Positions 56,051 through 64,000 of a stretch of DNA of 64,000 bases are shown here, piece by piece. The position numbers were made by a program, and so were the translations under genes. Position 1 is the stretch's first letter. Every line of letters begins with the position of its first letter. The notes below the pieces were generated by a model that had not been told where the DNA came from, made no database searches, and worked only from the letters and a program-made list of their open reading frames with translations. The stretch is taken from the IMG/VR virus record IMGVR_UViG_3300020147_000065, positions 1-64,000 of that record; one strand, written 5' to 3'.

Positions 56051-56494
56051 ATGACCATAAAAGAAAATATTATGGTGCGTTGGGAGTTACTCAAAGCGGT
56101 ACACCGTCGCGCTCTGATTTCTGATACATTTTCTACCGAGTGCTGGATAGCGTGGTTAATTATTTTGGTAGGATTATCAGTAATCTTAATTCCTAATTTA
56201 TTTTCACCAAGCTTCTGGCTTATGGAGATTATTCTCAAGATACCGAGATGGTTATGGGGAAGTCTCCTGATATACACTGGCTATAAGTCACTTATAGCCT
56301 TGACTGAAGAAAATACAACAAGAGCAAGGCACGATGCTACACGCTTCGGACTTAGAGTTGGCGTTTTCTTCACAGGAATGACTCTCTTTTCAGCATTTGC
56401 TGGCAATATAGGGCTTGGGTTGGTTGTGTTTCCCTTTTATGCATTCCAACAACTTATGATGTTATGGAGGTTCGCCGGAAAATTTAACACGTAA
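56051..56494 (+). CDS. four-TM membrane protein
   Basis: hydrophobic helices. Confidence 0.65.
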   Translation: MTIKENIMVRWELLKAVHRRALISDTFSTECWIAWLIILVGLSVILIPNLFSPSFWLMEIILKIPRWLWGSLLIYTGYKSLIALTEENTTRARHDATRFGLRVGVFFTGMTLFSAFAGNIGLGLVVFPFYAFQQLMMLWRFAGKFNT

Positions 56495-56509
56495 TAGGAG
56501 TAAACGTCT

Positions 56510-56986
56510 ATGCCTCCTGAGAATTTAGAACAGGGCATTAGCCCCCTGAGCGTTGCTCTTTCTATTCTTACAACACTCATAATCTCAATGCTTGCTCCTA
56601 TTGCGGTCGAATATTTTAAGAACCGCTTGGCAAAGGATACCGATGACGAGAAGGAGGAGAAGACCGATGAAGAAATAGAGCACGAACACGAAATTAAAGC
56701 GATTCGTCTCGAATTTCAAAATAGGATTCTTCTCGACAAAGCTGAAAGACTCGCTCAGAAAACAAAACGAGTAATTTGGTTCGTCCGTAGTCAAGACCCC
56801 GCTCTTGATTACATCCTGGCCGATCTTGAAGCAGAAATGGCTTCGCTTGGTTTCAGCCCTGATCCGGCTAAAGCGTCGGTTACAGAGCGAATCTATGAAC
56901 CACAAGGTGCCCCATTACAAGTGCCGCCTATCAGAGAAACACCTGAGCGTTCTCTGCGACCACCACCAGACAACTCACCTTCTTAA
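56510..56986 (+). CDS. protein with N-terminal TM helix and coiled coil
   Basis: AGGAG RBS. Confidence 0.65.
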   Translation: MPPENLEQGISPLSVALSILTTLIISMLAPIAVEYFKNRLAKDTDDEKEEKTDEEIEHEHEIKAIRLEFQNRILLDKAERLAQKTKRVIWFVRSQDPALDYILADLEAEMASLGFSPDPAKASVTERIYEPQGAPLQVPPIRETPERSLRPPPDNSPS

Positions 56987-56988
56987 AT

Positions 56989-57063
56989 AACGTCCTGTTT
57001 GTGGAAAATACCCAAACAGGACGTTCTTTTTAGCTTGACAAAAAGCCCGGAAACCGCTATAAT
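56989..57063 (+). promoter_or_regulatory. terminator followed by leaderless sigma70 promoter
   Basis: AACGTCCTGTTT / AAACAGGACGTT + CTTTTT; TTGACA 57035-17-TATAAT 57058; ATG 57071. Confidence 0.85.
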
Positions 57064-57070
57064 TTAATAC

Positions 57071-57349
57071 ATGATCGAGATTAGATTCAGAGACTACCCC
57101 GAAGATAACTTCGATTCTTTTTATGATTTCCCCACAAAAACGGAAGCCATCAGTTGGTGGAATACGTTCTTAGCTGAGAAAAAAGAATCTGGAGCAGAAG
57201 TTACTGTCTTCAAGGAGTGGCCCGAAGATGAAGATACCCTAAAGTCTTTGGGTTTAAATTCTCCCACCTTTGGTGGCGAGTTTATGAAAGGGTATTGTAT
57301 AACCGGAGGAGAAAAGGCATTATGGGTGCTAATACTGTCATTACAGTAG
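57071..57349 (+). CDS. hypothetical protein
   Basis: leaderless ORF. Confidence 0.65.
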   Translation: MIEIRFRDYPEDNFDSFYDFPTKTEAISWWNTFLAEKKESGAEVTVFKEWPEDEDTLKSLGLNSPTFGGEFMKGYCITGGEKALWVLILSLQ

Positions 57350-58806
57350 AAGAGCGAGATAAAGAACGAGTAATATCTAACTTAGCAGTGGAAAGCGGAA
57401 GCCTCGCACTGTCAATGATGTATGAAGAATGTGCAGATGCGGCTGTAGAAAAATTAACGCCAGAAGATTTTTATTGGCCTCATCACCAAGTTATTTTCGA
57501 TGTAATTCGTGACCTATTTAAACAGAACAGACACATTGACCACAACATCGTCTCAGATGAACTTCAAAAGCGAGGAAAATTAGAAGAAGCTAAAGGAAAA
57601 GTATATGTTTCCAACCTTGTAGACCTTGCCCCAGCTAAAGAAGCTACTGATGAATACATTAAAGCTATCCAGGGGTGGTCTTTACTCCGAGAGATTGACG
57701 AAGGTGCGCGAGAAACACACTCAAGGATTACACTTGGATACCTGAGTGATCCACTTGAGGCTATTAACCAGTTGGGTACAAGACTTGATAAAGCTACAAC
57801 TCGTCTTCGTCGCGCTAAGGTTGAGACAGTTGCTTCTATATGTGATGAAATTCTTGGAGACATTGCTCGCGCAATGGCTACAGGAATTGACGAGTCTGGT
57901 ATTCCTACCGGATTTGAAGGCTTCGATGATTTGACCGGTGGTGTGCAACCAGGTGAAAACCTTGTAGTTGCTGCCCGTACATCAGTTGGTAAAACAGCAT
58001 TCGTTCTTCAGATGGCAGCACAGATTGCCATCAACCAAAAGAAACCAGCATTAATCTTCTCTCTGGAAATGCCTAAGAAGAAATTAATGTTTCGTTTGAT
58101 TTGCTCTTATGCCAAAGTGAACTCACGCGATGCTCGTCGAGGTAAGATTACTCAAGAGCAATACGATAAGATGCAGGAAGCAGCTAAAATGCTTAGTGAA
58201 TGCCCTCTTCTTATTGATGATAACACATCTGCCACATTAATTGAGATGATGGCAGCTACCAAAAAATTGATTAGGGATCACGGAGAACTCGGTTGTGTTG
58301 TAATTGACAACCTCCCTTTGGTTTCTCCGACAAACCCAGGTGCAGATGGTCATGTGCAGACAGCGGAACTAAGCCGTGGACTAAACCGTTTCTGTATGGA
58401 TGTAGGAGTACCGTTGGTAACGGTTACTCAGCTTAACCGAGCAACAGAAGAAAAGACGGATAAAAAACCAACTTTATCTAACATCGCCGGTTCTGACTGT
58501 GTGGCACGAGATGCGGCTACTGTGGCATTGTTATGGCGACCAGAATACTACGACGACAAGGTTGCCAAGACACAGCAACAGGAGCGTTACGTCAACGCGA
58601 AACGAGAAGAACAAAGACAGTTGATTACGCCTCAACCTTTGGTAGTGCCTGAACAAAAAACTGTTGTAATTGTAGATAAACAACGCAATGGCCCAACGGG
58701 AACATTTAACCTGTGGTTTGATATGAACTGCTCGTATTTCTCAGACAAGCCAACAATGGAGAGTTTCAGTTACACTGACGATAAGCGCAACGACTTCTTT
58801 GACTGA
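57322..58806 (+). CDS. dnaB: DnaB-like replicative helicase
   Basis: N-terminal DnaB domain (DFYWPHHQVIF), IPTGF..FD...GG, AARTSVGKT, FSLEM, TQLNR, KQRNGPTG; GGAGG RBS. Confidence 0.95.
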   Translation: MGANTVITVEERDKERVISNLAVESGSLALSMMYEECADAAVEKLTPEDFYWPHHQVIFDVIRDLFKQNRHIDHNIVSDELQKRGKLEEAKGKVYVSNLVDLAPAKEATDEYIKAIQGWSLLREIDEGARETHSRITLGYLSDPLEAINQLGTRLDKATTRLRRAKVETVASICDEILGDIARAMATGIDESGIPTGFEGFDDLTGGVQPGENLVVAARTSVGKTAFVLQMAAQIAINQKKPALIFSLEMPKKKLMFRLICSYAKVNSRDARRGKITQEQYDKMQEAAKMLSECPLLIDDNTSATLIEMMAATKKLIRDHGELGCVVIDNLPLVSPTNPGADGHVQTAELSRGLNRFCMDVGVPLVTVTQLNRATEEKTDKKPTLSNIAGSDCVARDAATVALLWRPEYYDDKVAKTQQQERYVNAKREEQRQLITPQPLVVPEQKTVVIVDKQRNGPTGTFNLWFDMNCSYFSDKPTMESFSYTDDKRNDFFD

Positions 58807-58817
58807 GGAGAAAACAA

Positions 58818-59414
58818 ATGGAATTAGTACTGGTTTTGTTTCGGTTCATGGATACCGACTCACGCGTAACTCATGAGGCAGGGGATTATCTCTACTACAA
58901 TGATAAAGTTATGCAAATTCGCGCGGATGCAAGTGGCATCCGAAAACTTATAGTTCGACTAAAAGACGGTAATAAGGTTGTTCTTGAGACACGAGGTACT
59001 CGTGTCGTTAATTACAAGCCTGGCGAGTGGGAAGAGCATGTTAAGTCAATTGCTTCTGATGCGTTCGCTGCTCACCGTGAAGAGAATGAGGAACAGGCTC
59101 AGAACGTAGAGAGCCGTGTTCAGGAACAGCTTCAGGTAGCCCTGAGTGCTGAACCAGACCCCGTAGAAGTTCTGGTCGAAGACGAAGTAGCTGTAGTAGC
59201 TCCCAGCTTTGGTCCATCAAACGTAGATACTACGAATGAATCCAAGCCGGACGAATTACTCTCTGCTCCATCTCCTGTACCCGCAGGTGATGATGTAGTC
59301 GAACCAGAGACAACTGAAGAATCGCAATCCACGGAGGAATCAAAAGCTGACGAAGCTCCGGTTCCAGTAAGTGAAGCGGCCTTCGGCGGAAGACGCAAGC
59401 AACCGCGCAATTAA
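58818..59414 (+). CDS. hypothetical protein with acidic disordered tail
   Basis: GAGGAG RBS. Confidence 0.7.
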   Translation: MELVLVLFRFMDTDSRVTHEAGDYLYYNDKVMQIRADASGIRKLIVRLKDGNKVVLETRGTRVVNYKPGEWEEHVKSIASDAFAAHREENEEQAQNVESRVQEQLQVALSAEPDPVEVLVEDEVAVVAPSFGPSNVDTTNESKPDELLSAPSPVPAGDDVVEPETTEESQSTEESKADEAPVPVSEAAFGGRRKQPRN

Positions 59415-59419
59415 CCAAT

Positions 59420-59479
59420 AAAGGGCCAGGAGATTTTCTTCTCCTGGCCCTTGACTTTTAGTGTGTATGTTGGTATAAT
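59420..59479 (+). promoter_or_regulatory. terminator hairpin abutting a sigma70 promoter
   Basis: AAGGGCCAGGAG / CTCCTGGCCCTT stem overlapping TTGACT 59451; TATAAT 59474. Confidence 0.8.
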
Positions 59480-59514
59480 TTACTGTAGCTTTATAAATAA
59501 GGAGTCCATTTCAA

Positions 59515-60150
59515 ATGGCAAAAGCAGCAGTAGCACAGGCAGAGGATAACTCTGCAACCCCTGAAAAAGTCAAGCGTAACCACGGCCAGGAATTTAAAGA
59601 GGCAGCCGGTGACGTAGCAAAACAGCTTGAAATTATTGACGATTTCGTAGCAAACGTAATGCGTAAAGGTGAAGATTACGGTATCATTCCTGGTACAAAT
59701 AAACCTTCTCTTTACAAAGGTGGAGCAGAAAAGCTTTTAGGCTTGCTCGACGCGACTCCTCGATTCGAAATCCTCGAATACATCTTCGATCCCGATAAAG
59801 TTGTTACCACTCTTGAGTGGGATAATGCAACTAAAACAAAGAAACCAAAAGAAAGTAGAGTCGGTTTAGCTTCTTTTACTTTTAAGTGCGTCCTCGTGGA
59901 TGGCGACGAAAAAGAACTTGGTTCAGGCTTTGGTCATTGTAATTCCCTTGAAGGGAAGTATGCCAAACAAGGTGCAGTAAACGTAGCTAACACTGCGTTG
60001 AAAATGTCGAAGAAACGTTCATTGGTGGACGCCATTCTAACAGCTACTCGTATTTCTGGTCAGTTCACGCAGGACGTGGAAGACATGGACTTGGGTGGAG
60101 GTAGTAGTGGAGGAGGACGAAAGCCTTCCAGCGACGATTTTGAACTCTAA
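59515..60150 (+). CDS. putative single-strand annealing/recombination protein
   Basis: EDYGIIPGTNKPSLYKGGAEKL and NTALKMSKKRSLVDA...FTQDVED, a phage family I associate with SSAPs; acidic tail. Confidence 0.5.
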   Translation: MAKAAVAQAEDNSATPEKVKRNHGQEFKEAAGDVAKQLEIIDDFVANVMRKGEDYGIIPGTNKPSLYKGGAEKLLGLLDATPRFEILEYIFDPDKVVTTLEWDNATKTKKPKESRVGLASFTFKCVLVDGDEKELGSGFGHCNSLEGKYAKQGAVNVANTALKMSKKRSLVDAILTATRISGQFTQDVEDMDLGGGSSGGGRKPSSDDFEL

Positions 60151-60159
60151 CCGAAGGAG

Positions 60160-60186
60160 AAAAGGGGGCTTCGGCCCCCTTTTTTG
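60160..60186 (+). terminator. intrinsic terminator
   Basis: AAGGGGGC-TTCG-GCCCCCTT + T tract. Confidence 0.88.
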
Positions 60187-60188
60187 TT

Positions 60189-60728
60189 ATGATTGACCTC
60201 TTTACTGGTGCCGGTAAATGGCACCCTTACAGCAAACTTCTTGCTGAAATGGTAGGTTCAGCTACAGCCTCCATATTCCTACAATCCGTGATAGAGAAGT
60301 GGGATAATTTTAAAGAACCATTCTACTGGTTCGATGAGCCAACTGCACATAAAAACTACGTTCGTAATCGAAGTTGGAGAGAAAACCTGGGCTTTCATGA
60401 AGAAGACCTAATGCTGGCACTCTCTAAGGTTGGCACTAAGATAACAGAAAAGAGGCCGCGTAATTTAATTATCTCTGATAACACGGCGGCTTTCACACCT
60501 AAACGTAAACTTTTAAATGCTCCTCACCTTGTCTTATACCGATGGGACTCAGGTAAGAAGTTGATGTGGTATGAATTGAATGTCAGCTTGTTAGAGTCGG
60601 CATTGTCAACGCACGTAATGGCTCTCCATTCACTCTGCTTGACCACACCTAACTTTGAATTACGAGAACAAGAGCGTTTGAACAAACTTAGAGAAGAACA
60701 TCCCGACTGGTTTGAGGGGAAAAAGTAG
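60189..60728 (+). CDS. putative replication-initiator N-terminal HTH-like protein
   Basis: LAEMVGSATASIFLQ...W...SWRENLGF pattern. Confidence 0.4.
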   Translation: MIDLFTGAGKWHPYSKLLAEMVGSATASIFLQSVIEKWDNFKEPFYWFDEPTAHKNYVRNRSWRENLGFHEEDLMLALSKVGTKITEKRPRNLIISDNTAAFTPKRKLLNAPHLVLYRWDSGKKLMWYELNVSLLESALSTHVMALHSLCLTTPNFELREQERLNKLREEHPDWFEGKK

Positions 60729-60732
60729 GTGC

Positions 60733-61002
60733 CACATGGCAGTAGACAGACATAATCTCTCATTCAAAGAAAAGGATTGGAAAGAACTGAATGGTGTAGC
60801 CAATTCTTACAAACTTGAACTGAGTGCATTTCTACGCGCAGTACTATTTCTTTTTCGTGATCACAAAGATGTAATTAAACCTTTATTGGTGGAGATTATT
60901 GATAAACATCGAAGTGAAATAGTGTTGAGTCGTGGTAGAAAAAACAAACCGCTCCCTCTTGACTTTAGTGGTCTTGAGGGTATTTTTGGAGCAAACAAAT
61001 GA
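60733..61002 (+). CDS. putative RHH DNA-binding protein
   Basis: RHNLSFKEKDWKEL...LSAFLRAVL; start set at the ATG of MAVDRH, coordinate approximate. Confidence 0.45.
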   Translation, partial: HMAVDRHNLSFKEKDWKELNGVANSYKLELSAFLRAVLFLFRDHKDVIKPLLVEIIDKHRSEIVLSRGRKNKPLPLDFSGLEGIFGANK

Positions 61003-61382
61003 AAATTTTAGCAATCGAATACGAAAGAAAAGTGGGCGATGAAACAATTCGCGTTCAAGCGGAAGTCACAGGTGATGAAACACCTGAACAGGCTTATTTT
61101 GGTGTCCGTGATTGGGTTTCTGATAGAGTAAAGGAAACCGAGACACATGAGCAGCAGCGAGTTGCTCAACAAGAAGAAGAACAACGGAAAGCCGAGGAAG
61201 CTGCCAAACGTGAGGAGTTAAAAACCAAAGCCGCACAAACACTTGCAGAGTTAAAGGCTTCTGGATTTAATGAAGAAGATATTGCTGCCATCGTAGCAGC
61301 GCAAGCGGCTGTAGCTGCTTCCGAGGCCGCACCAGAACCTCAGAATAGTTCACTACCAGGTCAAGAAACAACTGAACTTTAA
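60999..61382 (+). CDS. coiled-coil hypothetical protein
   Basis: ATGA overlap. Confidence 0.65.
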   Translation: MKILAIEYERKVGDETIRVQAEVTGDETPEQAYFGVRDWVSDRVKETETHEQQRVAQQEEEQRKAEEAAKREELKTKAAQTLAELKASGFNEEDIAAIVAAQAAVAASEAAPEPQNSSLPGQETTEL

Positions 61383-61393
61383 GGAAAATAATA

Positions 61394-62323
61394 ATGGCAT
61401 TTAATGCAACAGTGATAGCTGACTCTATCAATCCCCGTGGTGTGCGTATGATTACGATGGAATTAACCTTTCCACGGGTTGTATTAGCCGAGTTCAACAC
61501 CCACAGGGCTTTCTCTCGTAACGCTGCATCTTCCCGTGCTATCCCGGTCGAAAAGATGATTCAGCGTGTTCTCGATGATCCTTTTATTCCTGTCTTCCAG
61601 AAGAATAAAAAGGGTATGCAATCAACCGAACCTCTCTCCGTTGAAGAGACTGTGGCCGCTACCTCTATTTGGCTACGGCAGCGCGATGATGCTGTCGCTG
61701 CGGTTAGAAAACTCATTGGTAAATACGAGGTAAACGAACGCGGGGAACATTGGAGTAATCCATGGAAAGATGGAATCACCCTCGACGTTCATAAACAATT
61801 CGCCAACCGTCTGCTTGAGCCGTGGATGTGGACGACTGATATTGTGACGTTTACGGACGTTGCAAATTACGCTAATCTGCGCTTTTCCCCACATGCCGAG
61901 CCTTCGATGGCTCGGATTACCGAGATGGGCCTTGAGCAGATTGCTTTATCTGTTCCAAAGAAACTTCGCAAAGGTCAATGGCATTTACCCTTGATTTTTG
62001 AGGAAGACTATGATATGCTTAGGAAAGAGCAGATCACTTTCGACGATTTAATTAAAATTTCTGTGGGCCGATGTGCCAGAGTTTCTTACTTGACACACGA
62101 TGGCCGGAGAGATTTACAGGCAGACATTGATTTACACGACCGATTACTCGCTAACGGACATATGTCTCCATTCGAGCATCAAGGTCGTGCAATGAACTCT
62201 AAAGTGAAGCGTTCTGGAAATCTTGTTGGCTTCGAACAGTACCGTAAGATGCTTCCTAACGAAAACAGAACGTATTTCAAATGTACTCTACCAAGTGGTC
62301 GTGAATTAATTTTGGAGAGATAA
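61394..62323 (+). CDS. thyX: FAD-dependent thymidylate synthase
   Basis: EFNTHRAFSRNAASSRAIP (RHR..S...S.R motif), ARVSY, HMSPFEH. Confidence 0.92.
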   Translation: MAFNATVIADSINPRGVRMITMELTFPRVVLAEFNTHRAFSRNAASSRAIPVEKMIQRVLDDPFIPVFQKNKKGMQSTEPLSVEETVAATSIWLRQRDDAVAAVRKLIGKYEVNERGEHWSNPWKDGITLDVHKQFANRLLEPWMWTTDIVTFTDVANYANLRFSPHAEPSMARITEMGLEQIALSVPKKLRKGQWHLPLIFEEDYDMLRKEQITFDDLIKISVGRCARVSYLTHDGRRDLQADIDLHDRLLANGHMSPFEHQGRAMNSKVKRSGNLVGFEQYRKMLPNENRTYFKCTLPSGRELILER

Positions 62324-62324
62324 A

Positions 62325-63038
62325 ATGCCCTATTATGAAAAGGCACCTCTGCGCTTAAAGGCAGAGCAATTTCGATTTATTGATGGACCAGACGGCGACG
62401 AAACTCGCCGTCTGGCTCAATCACTTGGACTCATACAACGATATGAGGTTTATCGTGATGGAGACTTTATTGATAACTCTTCACCTTGGGAAGTCCAGAC
62501 ACTTGAAGGTTGGGTTACGGTAAACGATGGTGACTATGTTATCATTGGTATAGAGGGTGAAAAGTATCCTCGTAGCGAAGAAGATTTTCAAAAGAATTAC
62601 ACAAAGGTTGAGGGTGAAGAGAACTTATATGAACGTAAGCCCATATGTGTAAAAGCTTTCCAGTGGTGGAAGAATGGAGATCATCCAGAGGATGAGTCGG
62701 AGCTAATTACTGGTTCTGATGGTGAAATGTTTCTTAGTGAAGGTAAGATAGTCAGACGATTTAATCATCCTAACATTTCATCGCAAGAAAAGTGTGAAGT
62801 TTGTGATCACGTAATGGGTAATCATGGTTGGATTGATAGGGGTGAAAACGGTTTACGTGTTTGCCCAGGTGATATGATTATCCAAACTTACGGTGAAGAA
62901 CCTTATCCATGCAAGCCGCGGATTTTCATAAAAACATATTACCTACTTACGTTTGAACAATTTCCGAAGCCTGTGGGAGAAGATGAAGATGAATTTGGAA
63001 CAGAAGGGCCGATTAGTAGTGAAGCATCTGAGGCATGA
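62325..63038 (+). CDS. hypothetical protein with two copies of a PGDY-like phage domain
   Basis: TLEGWVTVNDGDYVI...YPRSEEDFQKNY and VCPGDMII...YPCKPRIFIKTY. Confidence 0.7.
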   Translation: MPYYEKAPLRLKAEQFRFIDGPDGDETRRLAQSLGLIQRYEVYRDGDFIDNSSPWEVQTLEGWVTVNDGDYVIIGIEGEKYPRSEEDFQKNYTKVEGEENLYERKPICVKAFQWWKNGDHPEDESELITGSDGEMFLSEGKIVRRFNHPNISSQEKCEVCDHVMGNHGWIDRGENGLRVCPGDMIIQTYGEEPYPCKPRIFIKTYYLLTFEQFPKPVGEDEDEFGTEGPISSEASEA

Positions 63039-63564
63039 CCCTCATTCTCTTGGATTTAATTCTCTTTTAACCGGTGGCTATCTCCCCGTGGATAGCTTAT
63101 TAAATTCTATCTGGAAATACAAGGGTGTACGTATAACCAGAGATGAATTAAACGAGATCGTCGAAACCAATAACAAACAACGTCTTTCCTATGATACAAC
63201 TGGTACTCTAATCAGAGCAAACCAGGGGCACAGTATTCCTGTGGACTTGCAGTTGACTCCTGAGACTCCACCGGCTGTACTATATCATGGTACAGATGAA
63301 AAATATGTTGACTCAATTAATGAGACTGGTATATACAAGAGTTCTCGTCATGCCGTTCATTTATCCGAAGATGTACATACCGCAGGTAAAGTAGGCGCTC
63401 GTCACAGCGGAAACCCATATGTTCTTGGGGTAGATGCCGAGCAAATGTATAAAGACGGATACTTGTTCTACAAATCAGAAAATGGCGTGTGGCTTACTGA
63501 TTTTGTGCCACAGGGATATTTACTAAGAGAGGAACATGGATATGAACCGATTCGATTTTATTGA
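62983..63564 (+). CDS. kptA: RNA 2'-phosphotransferase (Tpt1/KptA)
   Basis: HLRHDP, KQRLS, IRANQGHS, LYHGT, VHLS, NGVWLTDFVP. Confidence 0.95.
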   Translation: MKMNLEQKGRLVVKHLRHDPHSLGFNSLLTGGYLPVDSLLNSIWKYKGVRITRDELNEIVETNNKQRLSYDTTGTLIRANQGHSIPVDLQLTPETPPAVLYHGTDEKYVDSINETGIYKSSRHAVHLSEDVHTAGKVGARHSGNPYVLGVDAEQMYKDGYLFYKSENGVWLTDFVPQGYLLREEHGYEPIRFY

Positions 63565-63802
63565 GAGGATCGAACGTGAACAATTTAGGGCCGTATTATA
63601 CCTCAGAAACAATACTCGTCATAACTTCCATGTGATCGCCAAAAAGGATGAATCTGTGGTAGTTGGTGATGAAATTGAATATGAACCATACTGTTTTAAT
63701 TTTGGTTATTTTGTGAAAAAGGTGACAGAAGATGAAGAGGAAATAGCTCGACTCAAAGCTCTTGGGACGCGACGCTCACATTGCGGCTCTGAGAGCAGGT
63801 AA
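63536..63802 (+). CDS. hypothetical protein
   Basis: overlapping ORF; GAGGA RBS. Confidence 0.55.
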   Translation: MDMNRFDFIERIEREQFRAVLYLRNNTRHNFHVIAKKDESVVVGDEIEYEPYCFNFGYFVKKVTEDEEEIARLKALGTRRSHCGSESR

Positions 63803-64000
63803 AACAGTGAGTTTCCGTGAAGGCGGAAACTCTATGACACCACGGATTAAACATAGACAGAAGTGTACTTATACACCCGTGGTTGGCCCCAGCGACGTGA
63901 AGAAAGGTGATGCTGTCTTTTGTAAGGTAGGACACCGATACTTCACACACTTGATTACAGCAATCAAGGGAGATCAATATCAAATCAGCAACAACCACGG

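Larger units (their letters stand above)
2338..63882. repeat. dispersed 11-12 bp motif CCCGTGG-NNN-G(C), 37 copies on both strands
   Basis: hand count; e.g. exact CCCGTGGATAGC at 10116, 10552, 42246, 45485, 63085. Confidence 0.9.

Noticed and set aside
56051-56986. Holin/antiholin call for two membrane proteins
   Set aside because: Only hydrophobicity supports it, and they are 4.5 kb from the lysozyme-like gene; left as membrane proteins.
45-63882. Dispersed motif as Chi/KOPS-like polar element
   Set aside because: Heptamer orientation is balanced (18 versus 22) overall and within the minus-strand block, so there is no polarity.
1-64000. Stop-codon reassignment, DGR or retron
   Set aside because: Long genes are intact under code 11 and all three stops are used; no reverse transcriptase or TR/VR pair seen.

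Overview
The window is a 64 kb segment of a large dsDNA bacteriophage genome (jumbo-phage-like gene content). It contains no capsid, terminase, integrase, tRNA, rRNA or CRISPR feature that I could find. Layout: (1) 0.1-9.5 kb, plus strand: RuvB-like ATPase, HhH DNA glycosylase, rIIA/rIIB and small hypotheticals behind near-consensus sigma70 promoters. (2) 9.5-11.5 kb: a largely non-coding control or origin-like region followed by six tandem hydrophobic micro-ORFs. (3) 13-30.5 kb: a GIY-YIG endonuclease, then a virion-surface module with fibre proteins, three collagen-like proteins and a fibre chaperone; four glycosyltransferase-like genes lie in or just before it. (4) 30.5-49.9 kb, mostly minus strand: ECF sigma factor, ATP-grasp, endonuclease VII, DHH, DEDD exonuclease, Ntn-hydrolase, HAD, NUDIX, nucleotidyltransferase and MBL hydrolase, interrupted by a plus-strand papain/HNH island. 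(5) 49.9-64 kb, plus strand: methyltransferase, lysozyme-like protein, PAS-PAS-PP2C phosphatase, RHH fusion, DnaB, ThyX and Tpt1/KptA. The strongest unexplained signal is a dispersed, non-palindromic, split DNA motif, CCCGTGG-NNN-G(C). I counted 37 copies by hand, on both strands and in all reading frames, against less than one expected by chance. Other notable signals: promoters whose TTGACA forms the loop of a hairpin, leaderless promoters, RBS-occluding hairpins in front of homing endonucleases, and a gene split by a -1 frameshift. All functional calls come from motif recognition by eye; no database searches were run.
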